A stretch of 32,000 nt of DNA, taken from positions 1,050,001 through 1,082,000 of the forward strand of contig CP025011.1 of assembly GCA_002952755.1 (NCBI GenBank), read 5' to 3'. Numbering within the stretch: position 1 is the stretch's first letter; each line of letters begins with the position of its first letter. Under the pieces are notes generated by a model. The model saw only the letters and a list, made by a program, of their open reading frames with translations, was not told where the DNA came from and ran no database searches. This DNA is from Candidatus Saccharimonadota bacterium (GTDB lineage Bacteria; Patescibacteriota; Saccharimonadia; Saccharimonadales; UBA4665). The position numbers and the translations under genes are program-made. Shown here in pieces: positions 17,430 through 26,803 of the stretch.

Positions 17430-19451
17430 ATGAATCCTGACCCCCAAGTTGTCGAACAAGCTATTAACACGATCCGCATTTTATCGGCCGCCCAGCCCGA
17501 AAAAGCAAACAGCGGCCATCCTGGCGGTGCAATGGGCGCAGCCGCGTTTATCCACATTCTGTATAGCGAATTTCTGGTTGAAGATCCGGGTGATCCACAC
17601 TACTTTTTCCGCGACCGTTTTTTCTTAGATCCGGGCCACATGAGTGCTATGCTTTACAGCGTCTTAGCACTCACCGGACGAATGCCGCTTGAACAGCTGA
17701 GTCAGTTCAGACAGTGGGGTTCGCTAACACCCGGTCACCCGGAGCGTTCCGTCGAACATGGTATTGAAAATACCAGCGGTCCGCTTGGCCAGGGCCATGG
17801 TTTTGGGGCTGGCGCCGCAATCGCCGCTAAATTCCTGTCTGCCCGCTTTGGCGACTGGATGAATCACGATATCTACTCCTTCATTAGCGACGGTGGTATC
17901 CAGGAAGAAGTCAGCCAAGGAATTGGTCGCATTGCCGGCCGGCTTGGCCTCGGAAACCTCACCATGTTCTACGACTCAAACAACGTCCAGCTCTCCACGT
18001 TAACCACCGCCACCACCCACGAAGACACTGCCAAGAAGTATGAATCATGGAACTGGCATGTCGTTACCATCGACGGGGAAAATGTAGACGACATCCGGCG
18101 CGCGCTCAACGAAGCTAAGGCAGAAACTAAGCGGCCCACGCTCATTATTGGCAAAACCATTATGGGCAAGGGCGCTGTCGATCCTGATGGAAAGCCATTC
18201 GAAGGCAAGGTGAGCATGCACGGCCAGCCCATGTCGGCAGCCGGCGCCTCATTCCCGAAGACCATCGCGGCCCTGGGCGGCGACCCGGAAAACCCCTTCG
18301 TAATTCCCGAAGCCGTCAAAGCACTGTACGAACAGGCCGCCGAACGCAAACGCAGGGCAATTGCCGAGCGCAAAGCAGCAGAAGCCACATGGCGCACGGC
18401 CAATCCAGAATTGTCCAAAGAGCTAGACAGCTACATCAACGGCGACGTACCTCAACTTGATTGGAGTACTATCGCAGCTACGCAAAAACCCGGCTCTGCC
18501 ACCCGCGCCAGCGGCGCCCACGTACTTAGTCATTTTGCCGATGAAGTCGGAAACATGCTCGTAATGAGCGCCGACCTCGCGAACAGCGACAAAACCGACG
18601 CCTTCCTGGCCAAAACACACCCGCTCGACGCCGGCGACTTTAGCGGTGCCTTCCTGCATTGCGGCGTCAGTGAATTCTCTATGGCCGATCTGGCTATTGG
18701 CATGGCGTTGCATGGTGGCGTTATTCCGGTATGCGCCACCTTCTTCCCATTCTCCGACTACCAAAAGCCGGCCTTGCGCTTAGCGGCACTCATGGAGCTG
18801 CCCGTGAAGTTCATCTGGACACATGATGCCTTCCGGGTCGGCGAAGACGGCCCTACCCACCAGCCAATCGAGCAAGAGACACAGCTGCGCCTGCTCGAGA
18901 AAGTACACAACCATCACGGTCAACCCGGCTTACTGGCGTTACGCCCGGCCGATTCAGCGGAAACAACTATGGCCTGGAAAATGGCGCTTGAAAACACCAC
19001 CACACCCACCGGCCTCGTCCTCACTCGTCAAAACATCACCGAAGTTACCGACTTTATGAAGGCACAAGACGCCGCCAAGGGTGGCTATGTGGCCGTAGAT
19101 TGCGATGGGACTCCGGAACTTGTTGTCGTAGCCAATGGCAGCGAAGTAGGTACCGCTTACGACGCGATCCAACTGCTACCAGAACACAAGATCCGCCTCG
19201 TGTCCGTGCCCAGCGAAGGCCTATTCCGTGAGCAACCAACAGACTACCAGGATATTGTATTGCCTAAAGACGTCCCGCGCTTCGGCATCACCGCCGGATT
19301 GAGCGTCAACTTGCTTGGGTTAGTGGGCGACGTCGACCATATCCATGGCCTCAACCACTTCGGCTTTAGCGCGCCATATCAAAAACTCGATGAAGAATTC
19401 GGCTTTACTCCTGAAAAAATCGCTGAGAAGTTGAAGGCTAGTATAGCTTAA
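17430..19451 (+). CDS. tkt: Transketolase
   Basis: 673 aa. SGHPGG, GPLGQG, ISDGGIQEEVSQG (the GDG.l.EG ThDP motif variant), HDAFRVGEDGPTHQPIEQ. It begins 17 nt after tal. Confidence 0.97.
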   Translation: MNPDPQVVEQAINTIRILSAAQPEKANSGHPGGAMGAAAFIHILYSEFLVEDPGDPHYFFRDRFFLDPGHMSAMLYSVLALTGRMPLEQLSQFRQWGSLTPGHPERSVEHGIENTSGPLGQGHGFGAGAAIAAKFLSARFGDWMNHDIYSFISDGGIQEEVSQGIGRIAGRLGLGNLTMFYDSNNVQLSTLTTATTHEDTAKKYESWNWHVVTIDGENVDDIRRALNEAKAETKRPTLIIGKTIMGKGAVDPDGKPFEGKVSMHGQPMSAAGASFPKTIAALGGDPENPFVIPEAVKALYEQAAERKRRAIAERKAAEATWRTANPELSKELDSYINGDVPQLDWSTIAATQKPGSATRASGAHVLSHFADEVGNMLVMSADLANSDKTDAFLAKTHPLDAGDFSGAFLHCGVSEFSMADLAIGMALHGGVIPVCATFFPFSDYQKPALRLAALMELPVKFIWTHDAFRVGEDGPTHQPIEQETQLRLLEKVHNHHGQPGLLALRPADSAETTMAWKMALENTTTPTGLVLTRQNITEVTDFMKAQDAAKGGYVAVDCDGTPELVVVANGSEVGTAYDAIQLLPEHKIRLVSVPSEGLFREQPTDYQDIVLPKDVPRFGITAGLSVNLLGLVGDVDHIHGLNHFGFSAPYQKLDEEFGFTPEKIAEKLKASIA

Positions 19452-19565
19452 GTAGCGCTACTTACAGCCTGCCAGTTTAGTCTTCCGCCTTTCTGCCGAC
19501 CATCCGCGTAATCTTGGCATAGTAAGTCGAGGGCATCGTTCTTAACAACTCGGGTTATAAAATAG

Positions 19566-19594
19566 TTGCTATCGCCCCGAACAAAGCTTATGCT
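19566..19594 (+). promoter_or_regulatory. Putative promoter TTGCTA-17-TATGCT for the ABC transporter operon
   Basis: TTGCTA 19566-19571, 17-nt spacer, TATGCT 19589-19594, 38 nt upstream of ATG 19633. Confidence 0.35.
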
Positions 19595-19632
19595 CTAATG
19601 TAGAGTTTTATTAAAAGTGGGCAAATTCTAAA

Positions 19633-20322
19633 ATGGCTGATGCCGAGTATGTCATAGAGTTAACCAATGTCACCCGAACGTACAAACTGGGTGGGGAAAC
19701 ATTTAACGCGCTGGACAACGTAAGCCTAAGCGTCAAGCCCGGCGAATTCATCGCTATTATCGGCCCTTCGGGGTCCGGCAAATCAACTTTGGCTAATATT
19801 ATTGGCGGTCTCGATCGGCCGGACAATGGCACCGTGCTTGTTGACGGCAATGACATATCAAAATTACACGACGGTCAGCTTTCTGCGTATCGTAACCACC
19901 ATATAGGCTTCGTTTTTCAATCGTTCAATTTGCAGGGCAATAATACGACGATGGAAAATGTTATGTTGCCATTGGTTTTTGCGAAGTTAAGCCGCAAGGA
20001 GCGTAATGCGCGGGCAATTGAATGCTTGCAGTCCGTTGGACTTGGCGATCGGCTCAAACACAAAACAAATCAACTGTCTGGCGGCCAGCGCCAGCGCGTT
20101 GCTATTGCCCGGGCACTAGCTGTCAAACCAAGTATCATTGTCGCCGACGAACCAACGGGCAACCTGGACAGTGCGCGCGGACAGGAAATTATGTCACTCC
20201 TGCACAAGCTAAACAAGGAGGGCATCACACTCCTTATTATCACGCACGACCAAAGTCTAGCCAATCAAGCACACCGCATTGTGGAAATTAGGGACGGTAA
20301 ACTTACGGGGCGGAGGGGGTAG
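19633..20322 (+). CDS. ABC transporter ATP-binding protein (MacB/LolD/FtsE-like)
   Basis: Walker A GPSGSGKST, Q-loop, signature LSGGQRQRVAIARAL, Walker B IIVADEPTGNLD and an H-loop ITHD. Confidence 0.93.
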   Translation: MADAEYVIELTNVTRTYKLGGETFNALDNVSLSVKPGEFIAIIGPSGSGKSTLANIIGGLDRPDNGTVLVDGNDISKLHDGQLSAYRNHHIGFVFQSFNLQGNNTTMENVMLPLVFAKLSRKERNARAIECLQSVGLGDRLKHKTNQLSGGQRQRVAIARALAVKPSIIVADEPTGNLDSARGQEIMSLLHKLNKEGITLLIITHDQSLANQAHRIVEIRDGKLTGRRG

Positions 20323-20323
20323 T

Positions 20324-21763
20324 ATGCGTTTTTCAGATTACGTGCTTATCGCTTTGCGTAATATCTGGCGAGCCAAATTACGGTCGGCGCTTACTATTTT
20401 TGCGGTTGTCATCGGCGCTATGAGCGTCACCATTATGCTTGCCCTGGTAACTGGCGCGAAAAGCTTCTTTCTAAGCCAAGTAGAAGCTAATGGCACACTG
20501 CAACAAGTAGCCATCTCTCCCCAGCAGGATATTACGAATTTTAACGATGCCCAGCACAGTGGCGGGGGTAATTGTAGTGCTAACTGCGTCAAACTCACTG
20601 ACGACATCGCCGGTAAGATTAGGGCAGTTCCGCATGTCGTAGGCGTAACCCGCGTAGCCAACCAAGGTATGCTGGCAGCCATAGGCTACAACGGCCAACT
20701 CTTAACGCTTAATCAGACGAACGCATATGACGCCAACGGCATCATCGTTAACAATGTGCTCGCCGGCCGAGATCTTAACGCCAGCGACGCGACCGGTGTG
20801 ATTACGATGACCTCGGACTATGCTGATAAGTTTGGGTTTAAAGGTAATTACCAAGGGATCATAGGTAAAACGGTAAAGCTCCAAACCCAAAACTTCTATA
20901 GAGGTGTCGGCGCTACTGTGCAACCACCACAGCAATGTGATGGTCCGTGCAATCCCAATAACCATCCCGACGATCAGCCGACAACATTGACCGCCCAAGT
21001 AGTAGGCATTATTGACACCAGCAACGAGTCCAAGTCGATTCGTGTGCCGCTGGAATGGATGCGCCAAATGCAAGAGAATCAAATGTACCAGATGACTGCG
21101 GCGGACCAAGCGGCCAATGAGGCCGAGCAGACGAAATGTCAACGTCAGCCTGGACCCTGCAACCCCACGCAGCATTTTTCTCTGATAGTCACCGACATGC
21201 TCGCTCAAAATGGCTACAGTAGCATGATAGCTAAAGTCGATAACAGCAAGAACGCCGCTTCGGCAGCTACTGCTATCAAAAAATTAGGTGTCGGCGCAGC
21301 CGATGCGTCTGCCTCAGTCAAACAACAACTCACCGTCTTTAATATAGTTGGGCTGGTGCTGGGTGGCATTGGTGGCATCGCCCTGGCGGTTGCGGCCGTT
21401 GGAGTTGTAAACACCATGGTAATGGCGATTTTGGAACGCACCCGTGAAATTGGCGTTATGCGGGCTGTGGGCGCCAAACGCTCTACCGTGCGCAGCTTGT
21501 TTACCATTGAAGCTTCGTTACTTGGTTTCTGGGGAGGGGTTATAGGCGTGCTCGCTGGTTTCGGCCTTACCCGTATTGCTAATATCCTAGTAAACAAGCA
21601 GCTCGCCAGCCAAAGCGTGAAGGCGCACAACATTATTGGCTTGCCGCTATGGCTCATTTTGGCCGTAATAGGTATAGCCACACTCATAGGTATGCTGGCT
21701 GGACTTTACCCCGCAGCGCGGGCAGCCAAACTCGATCCAGTCGAAGCGCTTCGCTACGAATAG
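20324..21763 (+). CDS. ABC transporter permease, MacB/FtsX family, with an enlarged Cys-containing extracytoplasmic domain
   Basis: TM1 (LRSALTIFAVVIGAMSVTIML), an extracytoplasmic domain of roughly 300 aa, and a C-terminal FtsX domain (ILERTREIGVMRAVGA...YPAARAAKLDPVEALRYE). ATG 20324 lies 1 nt after the ATPase stop and is preceded by GGAGGGGG. Confidence 0.9.
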   Translation: MRFSDYVLIALRNIWRAKLRSALTIFAVVIGAMSVTIMLALVTGAKSFFLSQVEANGTLQQVAISPQQDITNFNDAQHSGGGNCSANCVKLTDDIAGKIRAVPHVVGVTRVANQGMLAAIGYNGQLLTLNQTNAYDANGIIVNNVLAGRDLNASDATGVITMTSDYADKFGFKGNYQGIIGKTVKLQTQNFYRGVGATVQPPQQCDGPCNPNNHPDDQPTTLTAQVVGIIDTSNESKSIRVPLEWMRQMQENQMYQMTAADQAANEAEQTKCQRQPGPCNPTQHFSLIVTDMLAQNGYSSMIAKVDNSKNAASAATAIKKLGVGAADASASVKQQLTVFNIVGLVLGGIGGIALAVAAVGVVNTMVMAILERTREIGVMRAVGAKRSTVRSLFTIEASLLGFWGGVIGVLAGFGLTRIANILVNKQLASQSVKAHNIIGLPLWLILAVIGIATLIGMLAGLYPAARAAKLDPVEALRYE

Positions 21764-21879
21764 CAAGGCAGGGCGCGTACCTTGTTCAAGCGTCTCGTAG
21801 AACTCCAGCATATCACCCTACAAGCTATACCACATTTTCCATCTTCCAAAGACTGGCTTAGAATTTGCGGATGATTTTA

Positions 21880-24800
21880 CTAGCTCTTAAGGCGAGACGC
21901 CTGCGTACGCATTCTTTGTAATAAGCCTTTATAAAATGTAGGGGAATAATAGAGGTCCAGCTGCCGCGTCTCCTCGGACCGGCAGACATCGTGGCTGCCT
22001 TGCTCCAAGCCAAAATCGGGCAAAACTTGTAATTTGAGTCCACGGGCGTCCGCAAGAACGCGATCATGACTCACCCAACCAATCTGGGGCGAGAAAAATT
22101 GGCGACTGCTTAGCGTACTATACAGACCGCCTTTAATCATATCGCCACTTCCGTCATTATTCTTACCTATCGCACTCGTACCCCCATGCCGCAGTGACAA
22201 AACCTGGAGAGCGATGAGTGTGCTTTCCATGCCATCCATGGCCTCGTCTAGCGAAATCCAACTGTCTTCTGTATACGCGCCGAGAGTTGCAAGTGACTTA
22301 ACCTCTGCATCGACGGGAAGAGAGGGCCGGCGCCTAACTCCTTGCTCTCGCACTTTAGGTTCCGGGCGCTCATCAGTGTGTACAGAGGCGGCGGCGTTGG
22401 GTTGCTTCTGGGGTCCTGCATCTTCTTCCCATTCGTTATCTGCCTTGAGGGGTGCTATTTGTTTGGCATTGATATATTTTGCTTGCAGAAGCTGATTACG
22501 TACAGCGCTTTCCGGATCAGACGCTGCTTGTTCTGCCGTAAGGACGACCGAATCGCGATCGATATTTGGGGCATCAGACGCCGGCTTAAGGCCCCGATCG
22601 ATAAGACTGAGTAGGATAGAAAATGGGTAGATTCTCACCGCCTTAACGCCAGGCAAAGGCCTAATTTCGGGCTCTGCTATATCGAGGCTATCAAGCAATT
22701 TGGTCATAGTGGGGAGCTTGTATCCAAAATATGCAGCTACGATGGCCTGCGTCACTTCCCAGGGCTGCAATTTGCGAGGTTTTATGCTATCTGCATACGC
22801 TTCGCCCCACTCCCGAAGCACAAAATCGCTTGGCCGCGACCTTTCATTAGCCCGAAGCGAAACGATCTCAGGGCGCTTGTGATCGTCCAAATCATTAAAT
22901 TTATACATAAAGCCCGACGGTGAAAACTCAGCTCTCGCTGCCATTTCACTAAAGCTTATGTATAAGGAATTGTCTGCGATAGGGGCTCTCTCACACTCTA
23001 GTCGAACTCTTTCTGCATCCTCGGCAGTCACATGATTGGCGACACCCATAATTTCGTAGAGAGGATTGCGACGCTTGGATATTGCAGTAATACCATTAGC
23101 CGGATTAGCGATAAAATCCCTTACCACATCGTTACCGAGTTCGTCGCCAAGGTCCACTACGGGCACATCTGTTTCGTCGGCAATGGGTATCTTTTCTAGT
23201 TCGTTAGCTATTCTTTTAACGCTTTTCATACTATACACAAGAGGAGACCGGTTATGTTTAGTGATACGATCTAAAGGCTCAATTTGTAATTGATTAATAA
23301 TTCGTCTAACCATGTTACGGGATGCGCCAAGCAGTCGTGCAATCGCTTCGTCCCCCAACTCAGCAGTACTGACCAGCTTGGCGACCGGATTACTGTCAAA
23401 GTATGCGTGCGTAGCGGGTGAATAGAAGCGCACATAGTGCGTCTCGCCCGACTCATCTTCAACCCAAGCACCTACATACCTCATAGCGGGATCGTTCAAT
23501 TTCTTGACTATGTCGAATAACCATTCTACAGGCACGCCTTCGGGCGCTTTGTCAGTAAGTGGTTTATAGTCTTCGGGCGGTAACTTGGCCCGATCCGCAG
23601 CCGACATCGTTACTTCAGCCACCGATAAACCCGTCACAAGCGTATCCTGCAACTCGACGGGCGGCATATACAAATCGGGTCTTTGACGAGGTGTTCTGCG
23701 TTTTAGAGCTGCAGCTCCGATCTGATGTTTCGTCTCTGTTGCGTGTTCACTCTCAGGTAGCCCAACTATGTCTTGCTCGCCTTCTGGCAAAGTGTTACCC
23801 AGTGATACATCGCTAACTACGCCCTCATGATCGCTTATATTTTCCGCAGGATCTTCTTGACTGTCCTCAAATTCTTCTTCCTCGTCCTGGCCAATATAAT
23901 ACCCTGCTGTTATGGTAGCCTTTTCGAGGCCAAACGCTCCAAAAACCGACGCAATCGGACGGCCGGTTTCGGTTTCGCGGGGTAAGACCTCTGAGACAAC
24001 CGCTGACTTATCTCCATCTTTACGCAAAACACGGCCAACCCATTGTGCAATCCGCCACTCTGGATTTTTACCGAGTAATATGAGCCCGTCAAGATCGCGA
24101 ATATTCAGGCCCTCTCTACCCGTATCTACAGTGGTTAAGATCAAACGCTCGCCACGACGGATACGATCAATCTCCATTGCCGTAGACGAATTCGCGAATT
24201 TACCCACAGCGCTCGCTATCTCTTCACTCCGAAACTTAAAACTAGGATGCGGCGTGATCTTGCTGCTCGCATATAGTTGATTGAGTGCTTCTGCGATTGC
24301 TTGAGCCTGTAAGGACTCGCCCCCGGGCTCGCAGACTATGAGTGTTTTGAGTCCATTGCGTACATAATCGGCAGCAAGGTTGACTGCAAGGTTAAAGGCT
24401 TCAGCCCCTTCGCTGCGATAGGTAAACAATTGCACGGGAGACAAAATGCCATCTCTAATAAAATCCACAGGCTTCCCGGCGTGGGAGTGCGGATAACGCT
24501 GCTTTAGGTCGCGTAACTCGTCATACTTTTCGGTAGCGGTAAAAAGGTAAGGGGCTACCATGGTTCCAAGCAAGAGTCGTGCCTTAGGAGCGAGGGCCAG
24601 GCCGTGGGCTTCGTCTACCACATAGCTCACAGTCGCGTCCGGGTAGATTGCCCCTCTCGATAAGGCTTTCATATATGATCGGGGAGTTGTAACAAGCGCA
24701 TGACATTCATCGTGCCCCTGATGAGCATTCGCATAGTAGGCACCAACGGTTATATCGCGATCAGCAGCGGCCAGGAACTGCATAAATGTCTCTGATGGAT

Positions 24801-25401
24801 CAATCATTTGCCGTACTAAAATCTGACTTGGAACAACCACGACCGCACGGCGCTGCTCGGGGTATGTCTCATTAATAGGGAGACCGATGCCTGAATATTT
24901 AAGCGTCAGAGCTTGTAGCGCCGTTTTACCGCTCCCCATTGGCGCGATAGTTAGAAACGGATTATAGTGTTGTCCTTGTGACTTATCTACATGCGGGGCC
25001 TGTTGAGCGCGAGTGATGATATCGCGCATTGATCGCGCTTGGACCTTTGCTCGCCTTGTATGAGGTTGGTCTGCCGCTGCCGGCATCGGTGGTGGTTGCG
25101 CATAATTAAACCATAGGTCGTTGGCGACCTGCACACGGGCAGGCAAGCCGGAGAGCTGTGGTTGGGCGCGCAATAACGCCACATGTTCATCACTAACCTC
25201 TAGCTCTTCGACAGGGGTCTTTCTATCATGTAGTATTCTACGCACTGCTGCGCTAACAGTTTTGCAAGCAAATTGACGAATGTCGTCAGAGCCCATCTCA
25301 GGGGCAACGCCAGGGGGGACTAAGGGCACGCCTAGTACCCGTTCTGTGAGATCCAGTGCCGCGGGCGAAAACCTTATGTCAGGGCCGATATGATCGCTCA
25401 T
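21880..25401 (-). CDS. Large (1173 aa) SF2 DEAH-type helicase with an acidic linker and a C-terminal region of about 600 aa of unknown function
   Basis: Motif I APMGSGKT, Ia VVVVPSQ, II VVDEAH, III FTAT, V TTVDTGREGLNI and VI QWVGRVLR. It is followed by the acidic run QDEEEEFEDSQEDPAE, then repeated HTH-like segments. Confidence 0.85.
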   Translation of the reverse strand: MSDHIGPDIRFSPAALDLTERVLGVPLVPPGVAPEMGSDDIRQFACKTVSAAVRRILHDRKTPVEELEVSDEHVALLRAQPQLSGLPARVQVANDLWFNYAQPPPMPAAADQPHTRRAKVQARSMRDIITRAQQAPHVDKSQGQHYNPFLTIAPMGSGKTALQALTLKYSGIGLPINETYPEQRRAVVVVPSQILVRQMIDPSETFMQFLAAADRDITVGAYYANAHQGHDECHALVTTPRSYMKALSRGAIYPDATVSYVVDEAHGLALAPKARLLLGTMVAPYLFTATEKYDELRDLKQRYPHSHAGKPVDFIRDGILSPVQLFTYRSEGAEAFNLAVNLAADYVRNGLKTLIVCEPGGESLQAQAIAEALNQLYASSKITPHPSFKFRSEEIASAVGKFANSSTAMEIDRIRRGERLILTTVDTGREGLNIRDLDGLILLGKNPEWRIAQWVGRVLRKDGDKSAVVSEVLPRETETGRPIASVFGAFGLEKATITAGYYIGQDEEEEFEDSQEDPAENISDHEGVVSDVSLGNTLPEGEQDIVGLPESEHATETKHQIGAAALKRRTPRQRPDLYMPPVELQDTLVTGLSVAEVTMSAADRAKLPPEDYKPLTDKAPEGVPVEWLFDIVKKLNDPAMRYVGAWVEDESGETHYVRFYSPATHAYFDSNPVAKLVSTAELGDEAIARLLGASRNMVRRIINQLQIEPLDRITKHNRSPLVYSMKSVKRIANELEKIPIADETDVPVVDLGDELGNDVVRDFIANPANGITAISKRRNPLYEIMGVANHVTAEDAERVRLECERAPIADNSLYISFSEMAARAEFSPSGFMYKFNDLDDHKRPEIVSLRANERSRPSDFVLREWGEAYADSIKPRKLQPWEVTQAIVAAYFGYKLPTMTKLLDSLDIAEPEIRPLPGVKAVRIYPFSILLSLIDRGLKPASDAPNIDRDSVVLTAEQAASDPESAVRNQLLQAKYINAKQIAPLKADNEWEEDAGPQKQPNAAASVHTDERPEPKVREQGVRRRPSLPVDAEVKSLATLGAYTEDSWISLDEAMDGMESTLIALQVLSLRHGGTSAIGKNNDGSGDMIKGGLYSTLSSRQFFSPQIGWVSHDRVLADARGLKLQVLPDFGLEQGSHDVCRSEETRQLDLYYSPTFYKGLLQRMRTQASRLKS

Positions 25402-25611
25402 TGCGATTTAATCCCATTAATACCCTCATATAATCACAAAACGGTTCTAAGGACTACTAGTTAGCAGTCAGTTGCTGGAACGAACCTGGGGAAAATAGCT
25501 ATTGTTCTTTGGCGCCTGCAATGATTTGAGCGACAATGAATATCACTGAGTTGCCCAAGATTACCAGGTCCCAGCCGCCCTAGCTATCTTCCTTTCGGCA
25601 CCGGCTAAGTG

Positions 25612-26169
25612 CTAAATTGGGCGTTCCTTAACACCTAGGAGAAAACCTAAAGCACTAGAGGCCAGATGGGCAAGTAACCATAATATGAGCAGAAGAGAGT
25701 ATTGGGCAAGACTCAATCTGACAAAAGGCATCGTGGCAATGGCACCGCCAATAATGTAATCGGTTTGGTCGAAGGGGAACCAACCGTGGCCCGGTGCTAT
25801 ATTACGTTGACGCTTAAAGAAACTTTCGAGGGCATCGCCCCCCAAAGCACCGATCGCAAACAGCGGACCAAGTGCAAACGTGGGTACATGTTGATAATCG
25901 ACTTGGCTGGTCATATGCTGCAGCCAGCCGCTGTGTATGACCAGCAGTTGTTGCGATGCAAGCACGAGCGTGCCGCACAAAATGCCCATTATCAAGCCAC
26001 GCCAGGTCTTATGATCGCCAAAAATCCGCTTGCCTCGGAACGATTTCCCAAGATCCATGGGAGCATCCAGCTTGCGTAACCCAGGAATAATGGCTGCAAA
26101 AATTGGCACCATATTGGCGATACCAGCCGGCAAGAAGAACCAGAGCGCAAAAAAGATATCACGAAGCAT
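25612..26169 (-). CDS. carS: CDP-archaeol synthase (CarS / DUF46) family membrane protein
   Basis: FLPAGIANMVP...DLGKSFRGKRIFGDHKTWRGLIMG and GDALESFFKRQ...FPFDQTDYIIG align with the archaeal CarS blocks (PIDFGK.F.DGKRILGDGKTWRG and GDL.GSFIKRR....DQL.F). Its ATG overlaps the PHP stop (ATGCTTCGTGA). Confidence 0.85.
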   Translation of the reverse strand: MLRDIFFALWFFLPAGIANMVPIFAAIIPGLRKLDAPMDLGKSFRGKRIFGDHKTWRGLIMGILCGTLVLASQQLLVIHSGWLQHMTSQVDYQHVPTFALGPLFAIGALGGDALESFFKRQRNIAPGHGWFPFDQTDYIIGGAIATMPFVRLSLAQYSLLLILWLLAHLASSALGFLLGVKERPI

Positions 26170-26803
26170 TATTACCCCTTAATCGATTCAATGTAGGATA
26201 GAGGCGCCCACGCAAGCCAGTAGAACGCATATACAGCCTCGCATGGTGTAATTGCGAAATCAGTGAGGAGACATCTACCTGAACTTGTACTTGGCAATAG
26301 GTATTGCCCCAGCCGTACCATCCATGTGCATCACTGCTCGCCGCCTGGGCAACGCCATGAACAGCGGACCATGATCGTGCCTGCGTGCCTTGCCGCTGCA
26401 TACTACGTCCATTATAGCTTTCTACAATGTCGACAAACGGCGCAATGTGAGCAAGTGTATCAGCCGATACGCCCTTACGCACTGTTTCAAACGGATGCGG
26501 CACGTATACGAGCCCTCCTTGCGCGCGTATATGCTTTGCGGTCTCTAGCGCAGACAGGCCTGGGGGAACAAGCCGCTGCAGGTATAAGCCAATGAGCTCG
26601 CCTTCGGTAGTAGTAATTTCTTCGCCCACGATGATCTTCCCTCCCAGTGTGTCGTGCACCGCTTGGGCGAAATCAATACGATCATGATCAGTTATAGCGA
26701 TGATGTCCAGCCGCCCAGACTCCAACATCCGTCGATACTCTTTTAGTCCTAACGAACCATCGGGGGAAGCTTGCGAGTGAGTGTGTAAATCCAACCGGAT
26801 CAC
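26159..26803 (-). CDS. PHP-domain metal-dependent phosphoesterase
   Basis: (M)IRLDLHTHSQASPDG...IIAITDHD...PHP...SDAH carries the PHP His/Asp metal ligands. The GTG start overlaps the upstream stop (GTGA). Confidence 0.85.
   Translation of the reverse strand: MIRLDLHTHSQASPDGSLGLKEYRRMLESGRLDIIAITDHDRIDFAQAVHDTLGGKIIVGEEITTTEGELIGLYLQRLVPPGLSALETAKHIRAQGGLVYVPHPFETVRKGVSADTLAHIAPFVDIVESYNGRSMQRQGTQARSWSAVHGVAQAASSDAHGWYGWGNTYCQVQVQVDVSSLISQLHHARLYMRSTGLRGRLYPTLNRLRGNNAS

Noticed and set aside
17969-21687. Long antisense ORFs within tkt and the permease (17969..18418, 149 aa; 20702..21208, 168 aa; 21214..21687, 157 aa)
   Set aside because: They lie opposite genes with unambiguous family signatures. 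The translated sequences are low-complexity (Ala/Ser/Arg/Pro) and typical of antisense frames in DNA of about 50% GC or higher.
25477-25486. GGAACGAACC (reverse complement GGTTCGTTCC) resembling a tRNA T-arm
   Set aside because: The flanks do not form a T-stem, acceptor stem or anticodon arm. I found no cloverleaf on either strand in 25402-25611.
25499-25558. 19-aa hydrophobic mini-ORF on the minus strand (TTG-GNSVIFIVAQIIAGAKEQ*) between carS and the helicase; possible small membrane peptide or type I toxin
   Set aside because: It has only a TTG or GTG start and no convincing SD or promoter. It is too short to distinguish from chance without conservation or Ribo-seq data.
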